From a virus, in the IMG/VR virus record IMGVR_UViG_3300036770_007703, positions 21,289 through 85,288 of that record: a stretch of 64,000 nt of DNA. One strand, 5' to 3'. The notes under the pieces were generated by a model, which searched no databases, was not told the origin of the DNA, and worked only from the letters and a program-made list of their open reading frames with translations. Made by a program: the position numbers and the translations under genes. Each line of letters starts with the position of its first letter. Positions within the stretch are counted from its first letter, which is position 1. Shown in pieces: positions 31,332-41,083 of this stretch.

Positions 31332-31902
31332 TGCTCTGTTTGATTTCGAAAAAGCCTTGGCCGAATTCACTGGTGCACCTTATGTGGTGGTCACTGACGG
31401 TTGTACACATGCCATTGAACTTTGCATGAGATACCACGGTGTAAAGAAAACACGATTCACAGCATTTACCTATCTCAGCATACCGCAGCTGATGCGTCAA
31501 CTTGACATCGAACACGATCTGATCGGAGAAGAGTGGCACGGAGAATACCAATTCTATGACACCTGTATCTGGGATTCGGCCCGGCGGCTCGAATCCAACA
31601 TGTACCGCAGTGGACAACGACAGTGCGTGAGTTTTGGTTTCGACAAACCGTTGGCCTTGGGCAAGGGTGGTGCTGTGTTGTTGGATGATCATCACGAATG
31701 GGAAGTGCTGTCACGCTGGCGAGCCGATGGTCGAGATCTGCGAATATCACCGTGGCAACAACAGGTGAGATTTGGTCCTGGATGGCATTATTGTCCCACT
31801 CTAGAACTGTGTCGCCAAGGTTTGGCATTGCTGTCGGGGTTCTCTGGTGCTTGCCAGACAGCAAAGTATCCAGATTGTCGACAAATAGTGCTGGAATCTT
31901 GA
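31321..31902 (+). CDS. short DegT/DnrJ-type PLP aminotransferase
   Basis: FEKALAEFTG, DGCTHAI, WDSA, SFGFDKPL..GKGG. Confidence 0.7.
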   Translation: MAFDALFDFEKALAEFTGAPYVVVTDGCTHAIELCMRYHGVKKTRFTAFTYLSIPQLMRQLDIEHDLIGEEWHGEYQFYDTCIWDSARRLESNMYRSGQRQCVSFGFDKPLALGKGGAVLLDDHHEWEVLSRWRADGRDLRISPWQQQVRFGPGWHYCPTLELCRQGLALLSGFSGACQTAKYPDCRQIVLES

Positions 31903-31927
31903 CCACGACCTAAATATCTTGTACAAT
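31899..31927 (+). promoter_or_regulatory. sigma70-type promoter with embedded TAAATA
   Basis: TTGACC-17 nt-TACAAT; TAAATA at 31911. Confidence 0.6.
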
Positions 31928-31966
31928 AACAGCATGGCGATCCACCGCCCTAACTCGGAGACTGTA

Positions 31967-32665
31967 ATGGAAAATGGGAAATACCTCAGCGATATTATCC
32001 GCAAGAACATGCGGGACAACAACAAACGATTCTGGGCCGGAGACAACATCTCCGACTATGTGCGTGACACAGATGTACCGTTCCTGATAGACGAAGCCAC
32101 CGAAGCCTTTGAACTGGTGTTGGATCGGCTCCTGATCGATAGAGAAACCGATCCCAACTCAAAGGGCACAGCACGCAGATTGGCCAAGATGTACTACAAC
32201 GAGATCATGGCCGGTCGCTATGATGCCGCGCCTGATTGCACAGCGTTTCCCAATGATTCAGAGGATAGATATGAAGGAATGTTGGTGGTGCGGAGCGAAA
32301 TCCGCAGCATGTGCAGCCATCATCACCAACCTGTTGTGGGTGTGGCTTATATTGGCATATTGGCTGCTCACAAGCTCATCGGGCTTTCCAAATATACCCG
32401 GATCGCCCAGTGGTGCAGCCGGCGTGGCACGCTACAGGAAGAACTCTGCAACGACATCGCCAGAGAGATCATGAAGGTCACTGACAGCCAGGACGTGGGA
32501 GTGTATATCCAAGCCACCCACGGCTGTTGCGAGAATCGTGGCATCATGGCACATTCCAGCCTCACCCAGACCACTGTGCTACATGGCATGTTCAAGACCG
32601 ATCCTGCCGTGAAAAAAGAGTTCATCGACAACATCAAACTACAGCAGGACTTTGCACCAAGATGA
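31967..32665 (+). CDS. folE: GTP cyclohydrolase I
   Basis: TARRLAKMY, SMCSHH, GLSKYTRI, LQEEL, HGCCENRG. Confidence 0.93.
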   Translation: MENGKYLSDIIRKNMRDNNKRFWAGDNISDYVRDTDVPFLIDEATEAFELVLDRLLIDRETDPNSKGTARRLAKMYYNEIMAGRYDAAPDCTAFPNDSEDRYEGMLVVRSEIRSMCSHHHQPVVGVAYIGILAAHKLIGLSKYTRIAQWCSRRGTLQEELCNDIAREIMKVTDSQDVGVYIQATHGCCENRGIMAHSSLTQTTVLHGMFKTDPAVKKEFIDNIKLQQDFAPR

Positions 32666-33057
32666 CAGATCTAGAACAAGCCCAACAACAACGAATAGCA
32701 CCCTGGGATGACGTGGTATGGGAGGACTTCCATGTCACGGTGTTTCGTGATCGGTATCCCGTGACTCCCGGCCATTTGTTGTTTGTGCCCAAATACAACA
32801 ACAACGGCGTGATACGCGAAGCACTGGCCAGTGCCCAGATCGAAGGAGACAACATGGTAGCCCGTGGCGACTGCGACGGCTACAACATCGGTCTCAACCA
32901 GGGACGATCGGCCGGACAAACAGTGATGTACCCTCATGTGCATCTCATTCCGCGACGCACCGGCGACTGCGCCGACCCCACAGGTGGTGTTCGTGGTGTG
33001 ATACCCACTCAACAGAATTACAAAAACACAGACTACAAAGATCCCACAGGTAAGTAA
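32662..33057 (+). CDS. HIT-family nucleotide hydrolase
   Basis: DRYPVTPGHLLFVP, NIGLNQGRSAGQTVMYPHVHLIPR. Confidence 0.88.
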   Translation: MTDLEQAQQQRIAPWDDVVWEDFHVTVFRDRYPVTPGHLLFVPKYNNNGVIREALASAQIEGDNMVARGDCDGYNIGLNQGRSAGQTVMYPHVHLIPRRTGDCADPTGGVRGVIPTQQNYKNTDYKDPTGK

Positions 33058-33143
33058 CTGCTCAGCGGTCTCTCAATGACGCTCATCCCGCTCTATAAAT
33101 TCTGCGTGTCATCAAACTTGCCCCTTATCACAGGAGACTAGAG

Positions 33144-33659
33144 ATGGCAAAATTCTATTCAACAAAAACCTATGGCAATGATCGCGGACTCAGCTGTTGT
33201 TTCCGGCAGTGGAGATCCACTCACAGTCATTGTTCTACCTTGCATGGATACAGCATAGGTATACGATTGATCTTTGAAAGCGAAACACTAGATGAACGCA
33301 ACTGGGTCATGGACTTCGGTGGACTCAAAGACTTCAAGGCCTGGGCCGACTACATGTTTGATCACACTCTGGTCATTGCCGAGGATGACCCGCATCTAGA
33401 CTTTTTTAAAATGATGGCCCAGCAGGTCACTGCGGGGTCCGAGAATCCCAACAGCTTTGTTCCACACGAGCGAGGAGCATTGTGCGACTTGCGTATAGTG
33501 CCAGCTGTGGGCTGTGAAATGTTTGCCAAACTGGCCTATGACAAAATGGCCGAATTGCTAAAGTCCGGCAAATCTAGGTATGTTATCAACCCAGGAGTTC
33601 GTGTAAAATCAGTTGAAGTATTCGAACACGGCGCCAACTCAGCGATCTACGAGGGCTAA
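33144..33659 (+). CDS. queD: 6-carboxy-5,6,7,8-tetrahydropterin synthase
   Basis: HCSTLHGY, WVMDFGGLK, FDH, GCEMFA, EHGANSAIY. Confidence 0.88.
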   Translation: MAKFYSTKTYGNDRGLSCCFRQWRSTHSHCSTLHGYSIGIRLIFESETLDERNWVMDFGGLKDFKAWADYMFDHTLVIAEDDPHLDFFKMMAQQVTAGSENPNSFVPHERGALCDLRIVPAVGCEMFAKLAYDKMAELLKSGKSRYVINPGVRVKSVEVFEHGANSAIYEG

Positions 33660-33665
33660 AAGGAC

Positions 33666-34385
33666 TTGGTCATGTCATACATCTATGAATACCGATACTA
33701 TCAACGCAGTGATGGTATTCAAAGCTGGAAGAACCGTTCGTTAAAATTCGGTGACGCCATGGCTGCCTTGTGTTATGCCCACGACATACCCTGGGACTAT
33801 CTCGAAGTATCGTTCCCCGAATGTTTCAAGCGCAACGAACTGGGACGATTGGAACGTCATCCCTACAGCGTCGACGATCAGATCGAGTTCATGCAAGAGA
33901 TGGCGCAGCGGCACCCCAAACGTGTGCTGGAGATTGGTGGCGGAAGAGGTGAGGTGGCCAATGTGTTGACACACATGGGCATACCCACAGTCAGCATCGA
34001 GACCGGACCCGATTGTGATCGATGGTATCGAGAAACCGGACAGCAATTCTTTGGCAACGATGCATTGGTACAGCCCTTGAACATTGGTCTAGATCAAGCT
34101 CGGCGCGATCTAGATCTGTCTGAGTTTGACACCATCATCATGGTAGAGACACTGGAACACATTCCTGTCGAAGAGTTTGATCCTTTCTGGGATCATGTGG
34201 TAGAAAAATTCCGTGGTAGATTCGTAGTCACTAACTGGAAAAATTTCCATCCCATTTGGGTAGGTCGTGGTGCAGGCCCCCAAGAACATTGCCGTTTGGT
34301 AGACGACGATCTCTATGATCGATTCAGTTCGCAGGCACGAGAAGTCGTGATCCGAGACGGTAGCCATCTAGTATTGGATTTGTAA
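33666..34385 (+). CDS. class I SAM methyltransferase
   Basis: VLEIGGGRG, ETLEHI. Confidence 0.7.
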   Translation: MVMSYIYEYRYYQRSDGIQSWKNRSLKFGDAMAALCYAHDIPWDYLEVSFPECFKRNELGRLERHPYSVDDQIEFMQEMAQRHPKRVLEIGGGRGEVANVLTHMGIPTVSIETGPDCDRWYRETGQQFFGNDALVQPLNIGLDQARRDLDLSEFDTIIMVETLEHIPVEEFDPFWDHVVEKFRGRFVVTNWKNFHPIWVGRGAGPQEHCRLVDDDLYDRFSSQAREVVIRDGSHLVLDL

Positions 34386-35183
34386 ATGTTATCTATATTA
34401 TTGCCCACTCGCGGTCGACAGGAATCTCTCAAGCACAGCGTGATGAGCCTGGTAGATCTGGCCAACGACAACACCCAGATCGAATGGTGGTTTGGTTTTG
34501 ACGACGATGATCAAAGCAGTTTGGAATATTGCCAGCGTGAAATCTTGCCCGAGCTTGATCGTCGAGGCAGTGTTTATACCGTGATGCAGTTCCAGCGACT
34601 GGGCTACGGTCGCCTCAATGAATACGTGAATGCCCTGGCACGTGATGCCACCGGCGATTGGTTGATCTTCTGGAACGACGATGCTGTGATGCGCACCCAA
34701 GACTGGGACGTGGTGATACGCAGCCACACCGGGAAGTTCGTGATACAGGCGTTTGACACACACAAAAAACACCCGTATTCGATATTTCCCATCGTTCCGC
34801 GCGAGTGGAGAGACGAACTTGGGCTGTTGAGCCATCATCCGCTCAATGATGCCTGGATCAGCCAGATCGCCTGGATCTTGGACATCATGGTGAGGATCGA
34901 CGTGGTAGTGGATCACGAACGATTTGATCTCACCGGCAAAAACGGTGATGACACCTACAAAGAACGGCAGATCTACGAAGGCAATGTCAACGATCCCAGA
35001 GATTTCAATCACATCAGCAATCGACGTGTGAGACTTGATGCTGCTAACCGGCTGGCCCGCTACATGGCCAAACGCAAAGATTGTGATCTCACTCACTGGA
35101 ACGAAGTGGCACAGGGACGCAGAGATCCTTGGTCCAAGATGCTGGAGTCAGATGTCAACAACCAAATGATGAGGATAGTTTGA
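34386..35183 (+). CDS. GT2-family glycosyltransferase
   Basis: SILLPTRGR, FDDDD, GDWLIFWNDD. Confidence 0.8.
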   Translation: MLSILLPTRGRQESLKHSVMSLVDLANDNTQIEWWFGFDDDDQSSLEYCQREILPELDRRGSVYTVMQFQRLGYGRLNEYVNALARDATGDWLIFWNDDAVMRTQDWDVVIRSHTGKFVIQAFDTHKKHPYSIFPIVPREWRDELGLLSHHPLNDAWISQIAWILDIMVRIDVVVDHERFDLTGKNGDDTYKERQIYEGNVNDPRDFNHISNRRVRLDAANRLARYMAKRKDCDLTHWNEVAQGRRDPWSKMLESDVNNQMMRIV

Positions 35184-35758
35184 TGAAAAAAGTCTATGTG
35201 AGTTGGACCGATGTACAACGTCAAACACAGGATATCATTCGTCAGATGAATCTAGACGACTGGAGACCCGACTACGTGGTGGGTATCACTCGCGGAGGAT
35301 TGGCGCCAGCGGTGCTGATAAGCCAATATCTAAATGTGCGCATGGAAACGCTCAAGGTCAGTTTGCGTGACAACGTGGATTGTGAAACCAATTGCTGGAT
35401 GCCCGAGGATGCGTTTGGATATGTGTGGAAAGAACATCGCAAGGATCCAGAGGTCACCAGCGACATCGATCGCAGACAACGCATACTCATCGTGGACGAC
35501 ATCAATGATTCCGGTGAAACCTTGAACTGGATAAAAAACGACTGGCAAAGTTCTTGCATGCCCAATGATCCGGCCTGGCAAGACATATGGAATCACAACG
35601 TGCGCATCGCTGTGTTGTACCAAAACGAAAGCAGCCATTCTGAATTGACTCCTGACTATGCAGCCGAAGTCATCAACAAACTGGAGGAACCACAGTGGGT
35701 GGTGTTTCCCTGGGAAGAGTGGTGGCGGAGATGGAACCCCAGCGAGGAGCATCAATGA
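35183..35758 (+). CDS. purine phosphoribosyltransferase (Gpt-like, type I PRT)
   Basis: VGITRGGL, ILIVDDINDSGET, WVVFPWE. Confidence 0.88.
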   Translation: MKKVYVSWTDVQRQTQDIIRQMNLDDWRPDYVVGITRGGLAPAVLISQYLNVRMETLKVSLRDNVDCETNCWMPEDAFGYVWKEHRKDPEVTSDIDRRQRILIVDDINDSGETLNWIKNDWQSSCMPNDPAWQDIWNHNVRIAVLYQNESSHSELTPDYAAEVINKLEEPQWVVFPWEEWWRRWNPSEEHQ

Positions 35759-36090
35759 AGGATCAGCCAGATCTCAACATCATGACCACCGGTGTTTATG
35801 ATGATGCACGCTCATTTCGTGTGGCCTGTGACTGCCATGACAATGATCACGATGTCGACGTCTGGATCGAAGTTGAAACTGAGGAGGAATCGCCGGGAAT
35901 CACCGTAACATTTTATCGTGAACTAGATACTCCGTGGTGGGAATCGGGTTTCAACCGATTCCGCGAAGCCTGGCGCATCCTGGTGCATGGACGCAGCCGA
36001 TTCTCTGGCACATTGATCATGCAGGCCGAAACTGCCGAGGCCTTGTGTGACGCTATCCGATCATCAATTGAAAGATTAAAGAAACGATGA
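35755..36090 (+). CDS. hypothetical protein
   Basis: SD GAGGAG; ATGA overlap. Confidence 0.6.
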   Translation: MKDQPDLNIMTTGVYDDARSFRVACDCHDNDHDVDVWIEVETEEESPGITVTFYRELDTPWWESGFNRFREAWRILVHGRSRFSGTLIMQAETAEALCDAIRSSIERLKKR

Positions 36091-36338
36091 CACTACCCGA
36101 CGAACGCTATCGTGCCGTCAAGCACACTGAACAGTTCCTACGGCGTCTAGCAGCTGGAGATATTCCCCGTGTGCCCAAGGCAGTTCGCGATGAAGCTCGA
36201 GCCCTGTTGCGACACTATCCTAATCAATGGGATATAGACAGGTTGGCAGAAAAATCACCTGATGTGATAACAAAAGAAATGGAACCACTCACCAAAATGG
36301 TGATGCAATACGATATCAACCAAAAGGAAAATCCATGA
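36087..36338 (+). CDS. hypothetical protein (MTLPDERYRA...LLRHYP family)
   Basis: ORF track; coupled on both sides. Confidence 0.65.
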   Translation: MTLPDERYRAVKHTEQFLRRLAAGDIPRVPKAVRDEARALLRHYPNQWDIDRLAEKSPDVITKEMEPLTKMVMQYDINQKENP

Positions 36339-36697
36339 GCGACGTTTTCAGCGATCAAAGAAAATTCATGACCGTGTCCGGCCAGTCCGTGGACCGTTAC
36401 AATCCCGACCAATTCGAGCTTTACAAACGCTTGATACAAGAAGAAGTCACTGAACTGGAAGAAGCTGTTGACATGGAGGCCGAACTGGATGCTCTCATCG
36501 ACATCTTGGTGGTGACTGTGGGTGCCATCCACAGCATGGGCGCCGATGCTGAAAGTGCCTGGAAAGAAGTGTTCCGCAGCAACATGGCCAAAGTGGATCC
36601 CATCACAGGTCGTGTGATGAAACGCGAAGATGGCAAAGTGCTCAAACCCGCCAATTGGGAACCACCTAGGTTGTCTGGTTTTCTCAGGAAATCATGA
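36335..36697 (+). CDS. MazG-like all-alpha NTP pyrophosphohydrolase
   Basis: EEVTEL, DALID, SNMAK, REDGKVLKP. Confidence 0.8.
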   Translation: MSDVFSDQRKFMTVSGQSVDRYNPDQFELYKRLIQEEVTELEEAVDMEAELDALIDILVVTVGAIHSMGADAESAWKEVFRSNMAKVDPITGRVMKREDGKVLKPANWEPPRLSGFLRKS

Positions 36698-37131
36698 CTG
36701 CCATGATCGAACCCTTGCGCGATGACCTCATGGTACAGCAACAACTGCCGGCGGGGTTTGGCCCGATTGGTGCCTGGCAACACATGGTGGCAGTGATCAT
36801 GCTGAACCAGACTGGACGAAAACCTGTGAAAACGGTATTTCCCATTTTCATGCACCGATGGCCCACACCCCTGTCTTTCTACAAGGCCACGGAACAGGAA
36901 GTCAAAGATGTGATATGGCCTCTGGGTATGATGAATGTGCGTTATAAACGACTCAAAGGCATGACCCAAGACTTCTTGACGTGGGACCAAGATGATGCTA
37001 CAATGTTGTATGGCATCGGCAAATATGGTTCGGACTCATATGAGATCTTTTTCAAGAACAACTACACTGTGGAACCCACTGACAAAGAACTGCGGCGCTA
37101 CTTGGACGAAGAAATTTTCACAACGGCCTAA
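36694..37131 (+). CDS. HhH-GPD DNA glycosylase (MBD4-like)
   Basis: [41 protein letters not shown]. Confidence 0.8.
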   Translation: MTAMIEPLRDDLMVQQQLPAGFGPIGAWQHMVAVIMLNQTGRKPVKTVFPIFMHRWPTPLSFYKATEQEVKDVIWPLGMMNVRYKRLKGMTQDFLTWDQDDATMLYGIGKYGSDSYEIFFKNNYTVEPTDKELRRYLDEEIFTTA

Positions 37132-37139
37132 ATAAAATC

Positions 37140-38027
37140 ATGGAAAAAATCACTTACACTGAAATCTTTTACAGCCTGCAAGGCGAGGGCAAATGGGCCG
37201 GTGTGCCCTCGGTGTTCTTCCGCACATACGGTTGCAACTTCCGTTGCCGCAAGTTTGGTCGCACAGACGACTTCGAAGGGCACAACCCCGAAGTGGTGGA
37301 CATCATCAAGATGGTGCAAGCCGAGCCCGAGAAATACAAAAAGTTCGAAGACTTGCCCCTTGTGACCACAGGCTGCGATACCTATGCCAGCATCTATCCC
37401 GAATTCAAGAGTTTCAACGAACAGGATGATGTTGACACCATCGTGGATCGCATGCATGCCTTGATTCCCAACAACACCTGGGACCAAGGCTGGAACGATG
37501 ATGTGCATCTCGTGATCACGGGTGGAGAACCACTCTTGGGTTATCAAAAATTGTATCCCGAGATGCTTCAACGCTGCCGAGACAATGGTCTACGCAACCT
37601 CACATTTGAGACCAACGGCAGCCAGGAGCTCTATCCCGAAGTCGAACGATATCTCTTTGAAGAATTTACACGCAACGGTAGAGACTATGATCGGCTCACA
37701 TTCAGTGTCAGCCCCAAATTGCCCTGTTCGGGTGAGCGGTGGGAATCGGCTATCAACCCCAAGGTGGTCAAAAGCTACGAGATGGTGGGTATGACCTATC
37801 TCAAGTTTGTAGTGGCCACGAGGCAGGACGTAGAAGATGCTGAACGTGCTGTCACAGAGTTCCGCGAAGCCGGCTTTGGTGGACCGGTGTATCTCATGCC
37901 CATGGGCGGTGTGCCGCAGGTTTACAATCTCAACACACAAGAAGTGGCTCGCTTGGCCATGGAGCGAGGTTGGCGCTACAGTCCCAGGCTGCAAGTGGAT
38001 ATCTGGAGGAACGCATGGGGAACTTGA
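37140..38027 (+). CDS. queE: 7-carboxy-7-deazaguanine synthase (radical SAM)
   Basis: [21 protein letters not shown]...GCDT, ITGGEP, ETNG, SVSPK, SPRLQ. Confidence 0.9.
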   Translation: MEKITYTEIFYSLQGEGKWAGVPSVFFRTYGCNFRCRKFGRTDDFEGHNPEVVDIIKMVQAEPEKYKKFEDLPLVTTGCDTYASIYPEFKSFNEQDDVDTIVDRMHALIPNNTWDQGWNDDVHLVITGGEPLLGYQKLYPEMLQRCRDNGLRNLTFETNGSQELYPEVERYLFEEFTRNGRDYDRLTFSVSPKLPCSGERWESAINPKVVKSYEMVGMTYLKFVVATRQDVEDAERAVTEFREAGFGGPVYLMPMGGVPQVYNLNTQEVARLAMERGWRYSPRLQVDIWRNAWGT

Positions 38028-38782
38028 CCACCAAACAACGCATCAAATCCATCACTGGCTGGATCAAAGACTACGCCAAGAAAAATCGCATCAAGACCTT
38101 GGTGGTAGGAGTTTCTGGCGGCATCGATTCCGCAGTGGTCAGTGCCTTGTGTGCTCGCACTGGCTTGCCCACCATCGCAGTGAGCATGCCCATCCATCAG
38201 AGCAAAAAGACACACAGCCTTAGCGTGGCCCACGGTGCTTGGTTGAGAGAAAATTTTGAAAACGTGCGGCACGAGACTGTAGATCTCACACCCACGTTCC
38301 GGCAGTTTGAACGACTGTTTGATGGCGGATCCGAGCTGGGCTTGGCCAACAGCCGTGCCCGACTCAGGATGATGTGCCTATACCAGACTGCACAAGATGC
38401 TGGTGGTATCGTGGTAGGCACCGGTAACCGTGTGGAAGACTTTGGTGTGGGCTTCTTTACCAAGTACGGTGATGGCGGTGTGGATATCAGCCCCATCGGC
38501 GACTGTCTCAAAACCGAAGTCTGGGCCATGGGACGCGAGTTGGGCATTCTCGACGAAATCATCGATGCACCCCCCACTGACGGTCTCTGGGCCGATGGAC
38601 GCACCGACGAAACACAATTGGGCATGACCTATCCCGAACTGGAAGAGGCCATGCAGCTGGACGAGGTCGCCGAGACCGCTGACCTAGATCGCGGGCAACG
38701 AGCAAGGTTGAAACGCTATCGAGAGATCCGTGCCCGTAACTTGCACAAGATGCTGCCCATCCCGGTGTGCAAGATAGATTAA
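38015..38782 (+). CDS. nadE: NH3-dependent NAD+ synthetase
   Basis: [37 protein letters not shown]...DE..LG..Y. Confidence 0.92.
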   Translation: MGNLTTKQRIKSITGWIKDYAKKNRIKTLVVGVSGGIDSAVVSALCARTGLPTIAVSMPIHQSKKTHSLSVAHGAWLRENFENVRHETVDLTPTFRQFERLFDGGSELGLANSRARLRMMCLYQTAQDAGGIVVGTGNRVEDFGVGFFTKYGDGGVDISPIGDCLKTEVWAMGRELGILDEIIDAPPTDGLWADGRTDETQLGMTYPELEEAMQLDEVAETADLDRGQRARLKRYREIRARNLHKMLPIPVCKID

Positions 38783-38797
38783 AAAGAAAGGCAACAC

Positions 38798-39898
38798 ATG
38801 AGTTATCTGTTTACCAGCGAAAGCGTCAGTGAAGGTCATCCCGACAAAGTGGCCGATGCCATCTCGGATGCAGTGGTGGATTATTTCATGGAGCAAGGCA
38901 CCGATCGTGTGCGATGTGCCTGTGAGACCTTGGTCACCACAAATCGCGTGATCATTGCCGGCGAGTACAAAGGCGAATTTGATGCCGGCAACATCGAAGA
39001 TCGCATACGCGAAACCGTGCGCGGCATTGGCTATCATCAGAGCGGATTTGATGCCGACACTTTTACATTCACCAACCTCATGCACGGTCAGAGCGCGGAC
39101 ATCGCCTTGGGCACCGATTCGTTTGGTGCCGGAGATCAAGGACTCATGTTTGGCTATGCATGCAAAGAAACCGATGCTTACATGCCTGCAGCCATTTACT
39201 GGAGTCATCGCATCGTGGAAACACTGGCACAACTGCGCCACGGTGGCAAGATGTCATGGCTGGGACCCGATGCCAAAAGCCAGGTCACGTTCGAATACAA
39301 CGACAGCGGAGTACCAACTCGGGTGGCTCGAGTGGTGTGTAGCACGCAGCACGAAGAAGGCATGAACATCGAATCTCTTCGACATGCTGTGGAAACCGTG
39401 ATACGATCAGTGTTGCCGCAAAAATACATAGACTCCAACACTGAATTTTACATCAATCCCACGGGACGGTTCGTTATAGGTGGGCCCGATGGCGACACTG
39501 GTGTCACGGGACGCAAGATCATCGTGGACACTTATGGTGGTTCAGCACCGCATGGCGGAGGTGCATTTTCTGGCAAAGATCCCACCAAAGTGGATCGCAG
39601 TGCTGCCTACATGATGCGTTACATTGCCAAGAACATCGTGGCCTCGGGACGAGCATCATGGGCCACCTGCCAAATCAGTTATGCCATTGGTGTATCCCAG
39701 CCCATGAGTTTTTACATCGAGTGTGATGACACAGCATTGGCAAGAGACTTGACATTACTGATTCCAAAGGTAGTAGACTTGACTCCTCGGGGAATCATCG
39801 AGCGCTTTGATCTTTTCCGACCCATATATCACAACACCACTAATTACGGACACTTTGGAAAACCAGGATTGCCCTGGGAAAAAATCGATTTGTTCTAA
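38798..39898 (+). CDS. metK: S-adenosylmethionine synthetase
   Basis: FTSESVSEGHPDK, GAGDQG, GRKIIVDTYGG, GGGAFSGKDPTKVDRS. Confidence 0.97.
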   Translation: MSYLFTSESVSEGHPDKVADAISDAVVDYFMEQGTDRVRCACETLVTTNRVIIAGEYKGEFDAGNIEDRIRETVRGIGYHQSGFDADTFTFTNLMHGQSADIALGTDSFGAGDQGLMFGYACKETDAYMPAAIYWSHRIVETLAQLRHGGKMSWLGPDAKSQVTFEYNDSGVPTRVARVVCSTQHEEGMNIESLRHAVETVIRSVLPQKYIDSNTEFYINPTGRFVIGGPDGDTGVTGRKIIVDTYGGSAPHGGGAFSGKDPTKVDRSAAYMMRYIAKNIVASGRASWATCQISYAIGVSQPMSFYIECDDTALARDLTLLIPKVVDLTPRGIIERFDLFRPIYHNTTNYGHFGKPGLPWEKIDLF

Positions 39899-40150
39899 GT
39901 GATGCCGGTACCATTCATGGACATACAGTACTATGATTTTTTTGACGAGCTTGCCACTCTACAGCATCGCTGGAGTTGGTGGCCGCGTCGATGCCATATA
40001 TCCGGGCGTTGGTTGTTTTGCCAACCAGCAGTTCGTGCCCGTGTTGTGTACACTGGTCCCGGTGATCCCGTCGTAAAAGATCGATGGTATCACCGTCAAG
40101 AAGCATTGGTAAAAATTATGAGAGGATCACATCATGGGTTTGTTCGATAG
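39899..40150 (+). CDS. hypothetical protein
   Basis: ORF track; fills gap. Confidence 0.5.
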   Translation: MMPVPFMDIQYYDFFDELATLQHRWSWWPRRCHISGRWLFCQPAVRARVVYTGPGDPVVKDRWYHRQEALVKIMRGSHHGFVR

Positions 40151-40523
40151 ATTTAAGAAAAAACCTGCGGCCCCTGCAGAACCTAAAGAAAAACCTGAAA
40201 AGGTAACAAAAAAATCTGCCAAGGAACTGGCCACCGAACGCGGAGAGCCCTATGTGTCGATCGTGCGCATGGATGTCAATCCCGAAAATCTGCACGAAGG
40301 CAGTTTCGAACTGGACTGGAACGACAAGTTCATAGCCAACCTGGTGCGAGCAGGATATCAGATGAAGCCCAACGAATCCGAAGACATCATAGTAGATCGT
40401 TGGTTCCAGAATGTGTGCCGCAACGTGGTCATGGAGACCTGGGAACAAGAACAGGCCATGAACCCCAATGTTCGTTACACCCAGAGTCGTGATCTCGGTG
40501 GAGGTCGGCGAGAAGTATCATGA
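40134..40523 (+). CDS. hypothetical protein
   Basis: SD GAGG; ORF track. Confidence 0.7.
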   Translation: MGLFDRFKKKPAAPAEPKEKPEKVTKKSAKELATERGEPYVSIVRMDVNPENLHEGSFELDWNDKFIANLVRAGYQMKPNESEDIIVDRWFQNVCRNVVMETWEQEQAMNPNVRYTQSRDLGGGRREVS

Positions 40524-41083
40524 ACATCCTGCTGTGCGGTGACAGTTTCGCTGCCGACTGGAATCATCGTTCCACCCAGGCATGGTGGCAACAACTGTCA
40601 CAGCATCATGACATGGTCAATGTGGCCCAGGCCGGATGCAGCGAATATCGCATCCTACAACAACTGAGAAATCAATGCCTCAACGACTTTGACGCTGTGA
40701 TCATTTGCCACACCAGTCCATATCGCATCTATGTGCAAAAGAATCCCTTGCACCCCAGTGGTACTCATGCCAACAGCGATCTCATATTCAGTGATGTGGA
40801 AAACAGCAAAAACACTGAGGTACGTGAGCATCTGCTGTACTGGTTCCAGCATCTCTTGGATCTAGATCATGCCAGAGACATGTATGGCATGATACGCAGA
40901 GAGATACAAGACCTGGTGTCCGGGCGGCCATGCCTGCATCTCAATTTTTTTGAACAAACACTTTCCGGTGACGTCAGCATGCATAGATTCTGGCGAGATC
41001 ATCCCGGCGACATCAATCACATGGATCCCACTGGAAATCGCAGGGTCTACCAATACATCAAGGAACTGATCAATGATCTTTAA
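40520..41083 (+). CDS. SGNH/GDSL-like protein
   Basis: LLCGDSF, AQAGCSE, NHMDPTGN. Confidence 0.65.
   Translation: MNILLCGDSFAADWNHRSTQAWWQQLSQHHDMVNVAQAGCSEYRILQQLRNQCLNDFDAVIICHTSPYRIYVQKNPLHPSGTHANSDLIFSDVENSKNTEVREHLLYWFQHLLDLDHARDMYGMIRREIQDLVSGRPCLHLNFFEQTLSGDVSMHRFWRDHPGDINHMDPTGNRRVYQYIKELINDL

Noticed and set aside
38015-38782. queC
   Set aside because: The SGGxDS motif is shared, but NadE-specific motifs (TKYGDG, NxxARxRM) are present and the QueC Cys zinc cluster is absent.
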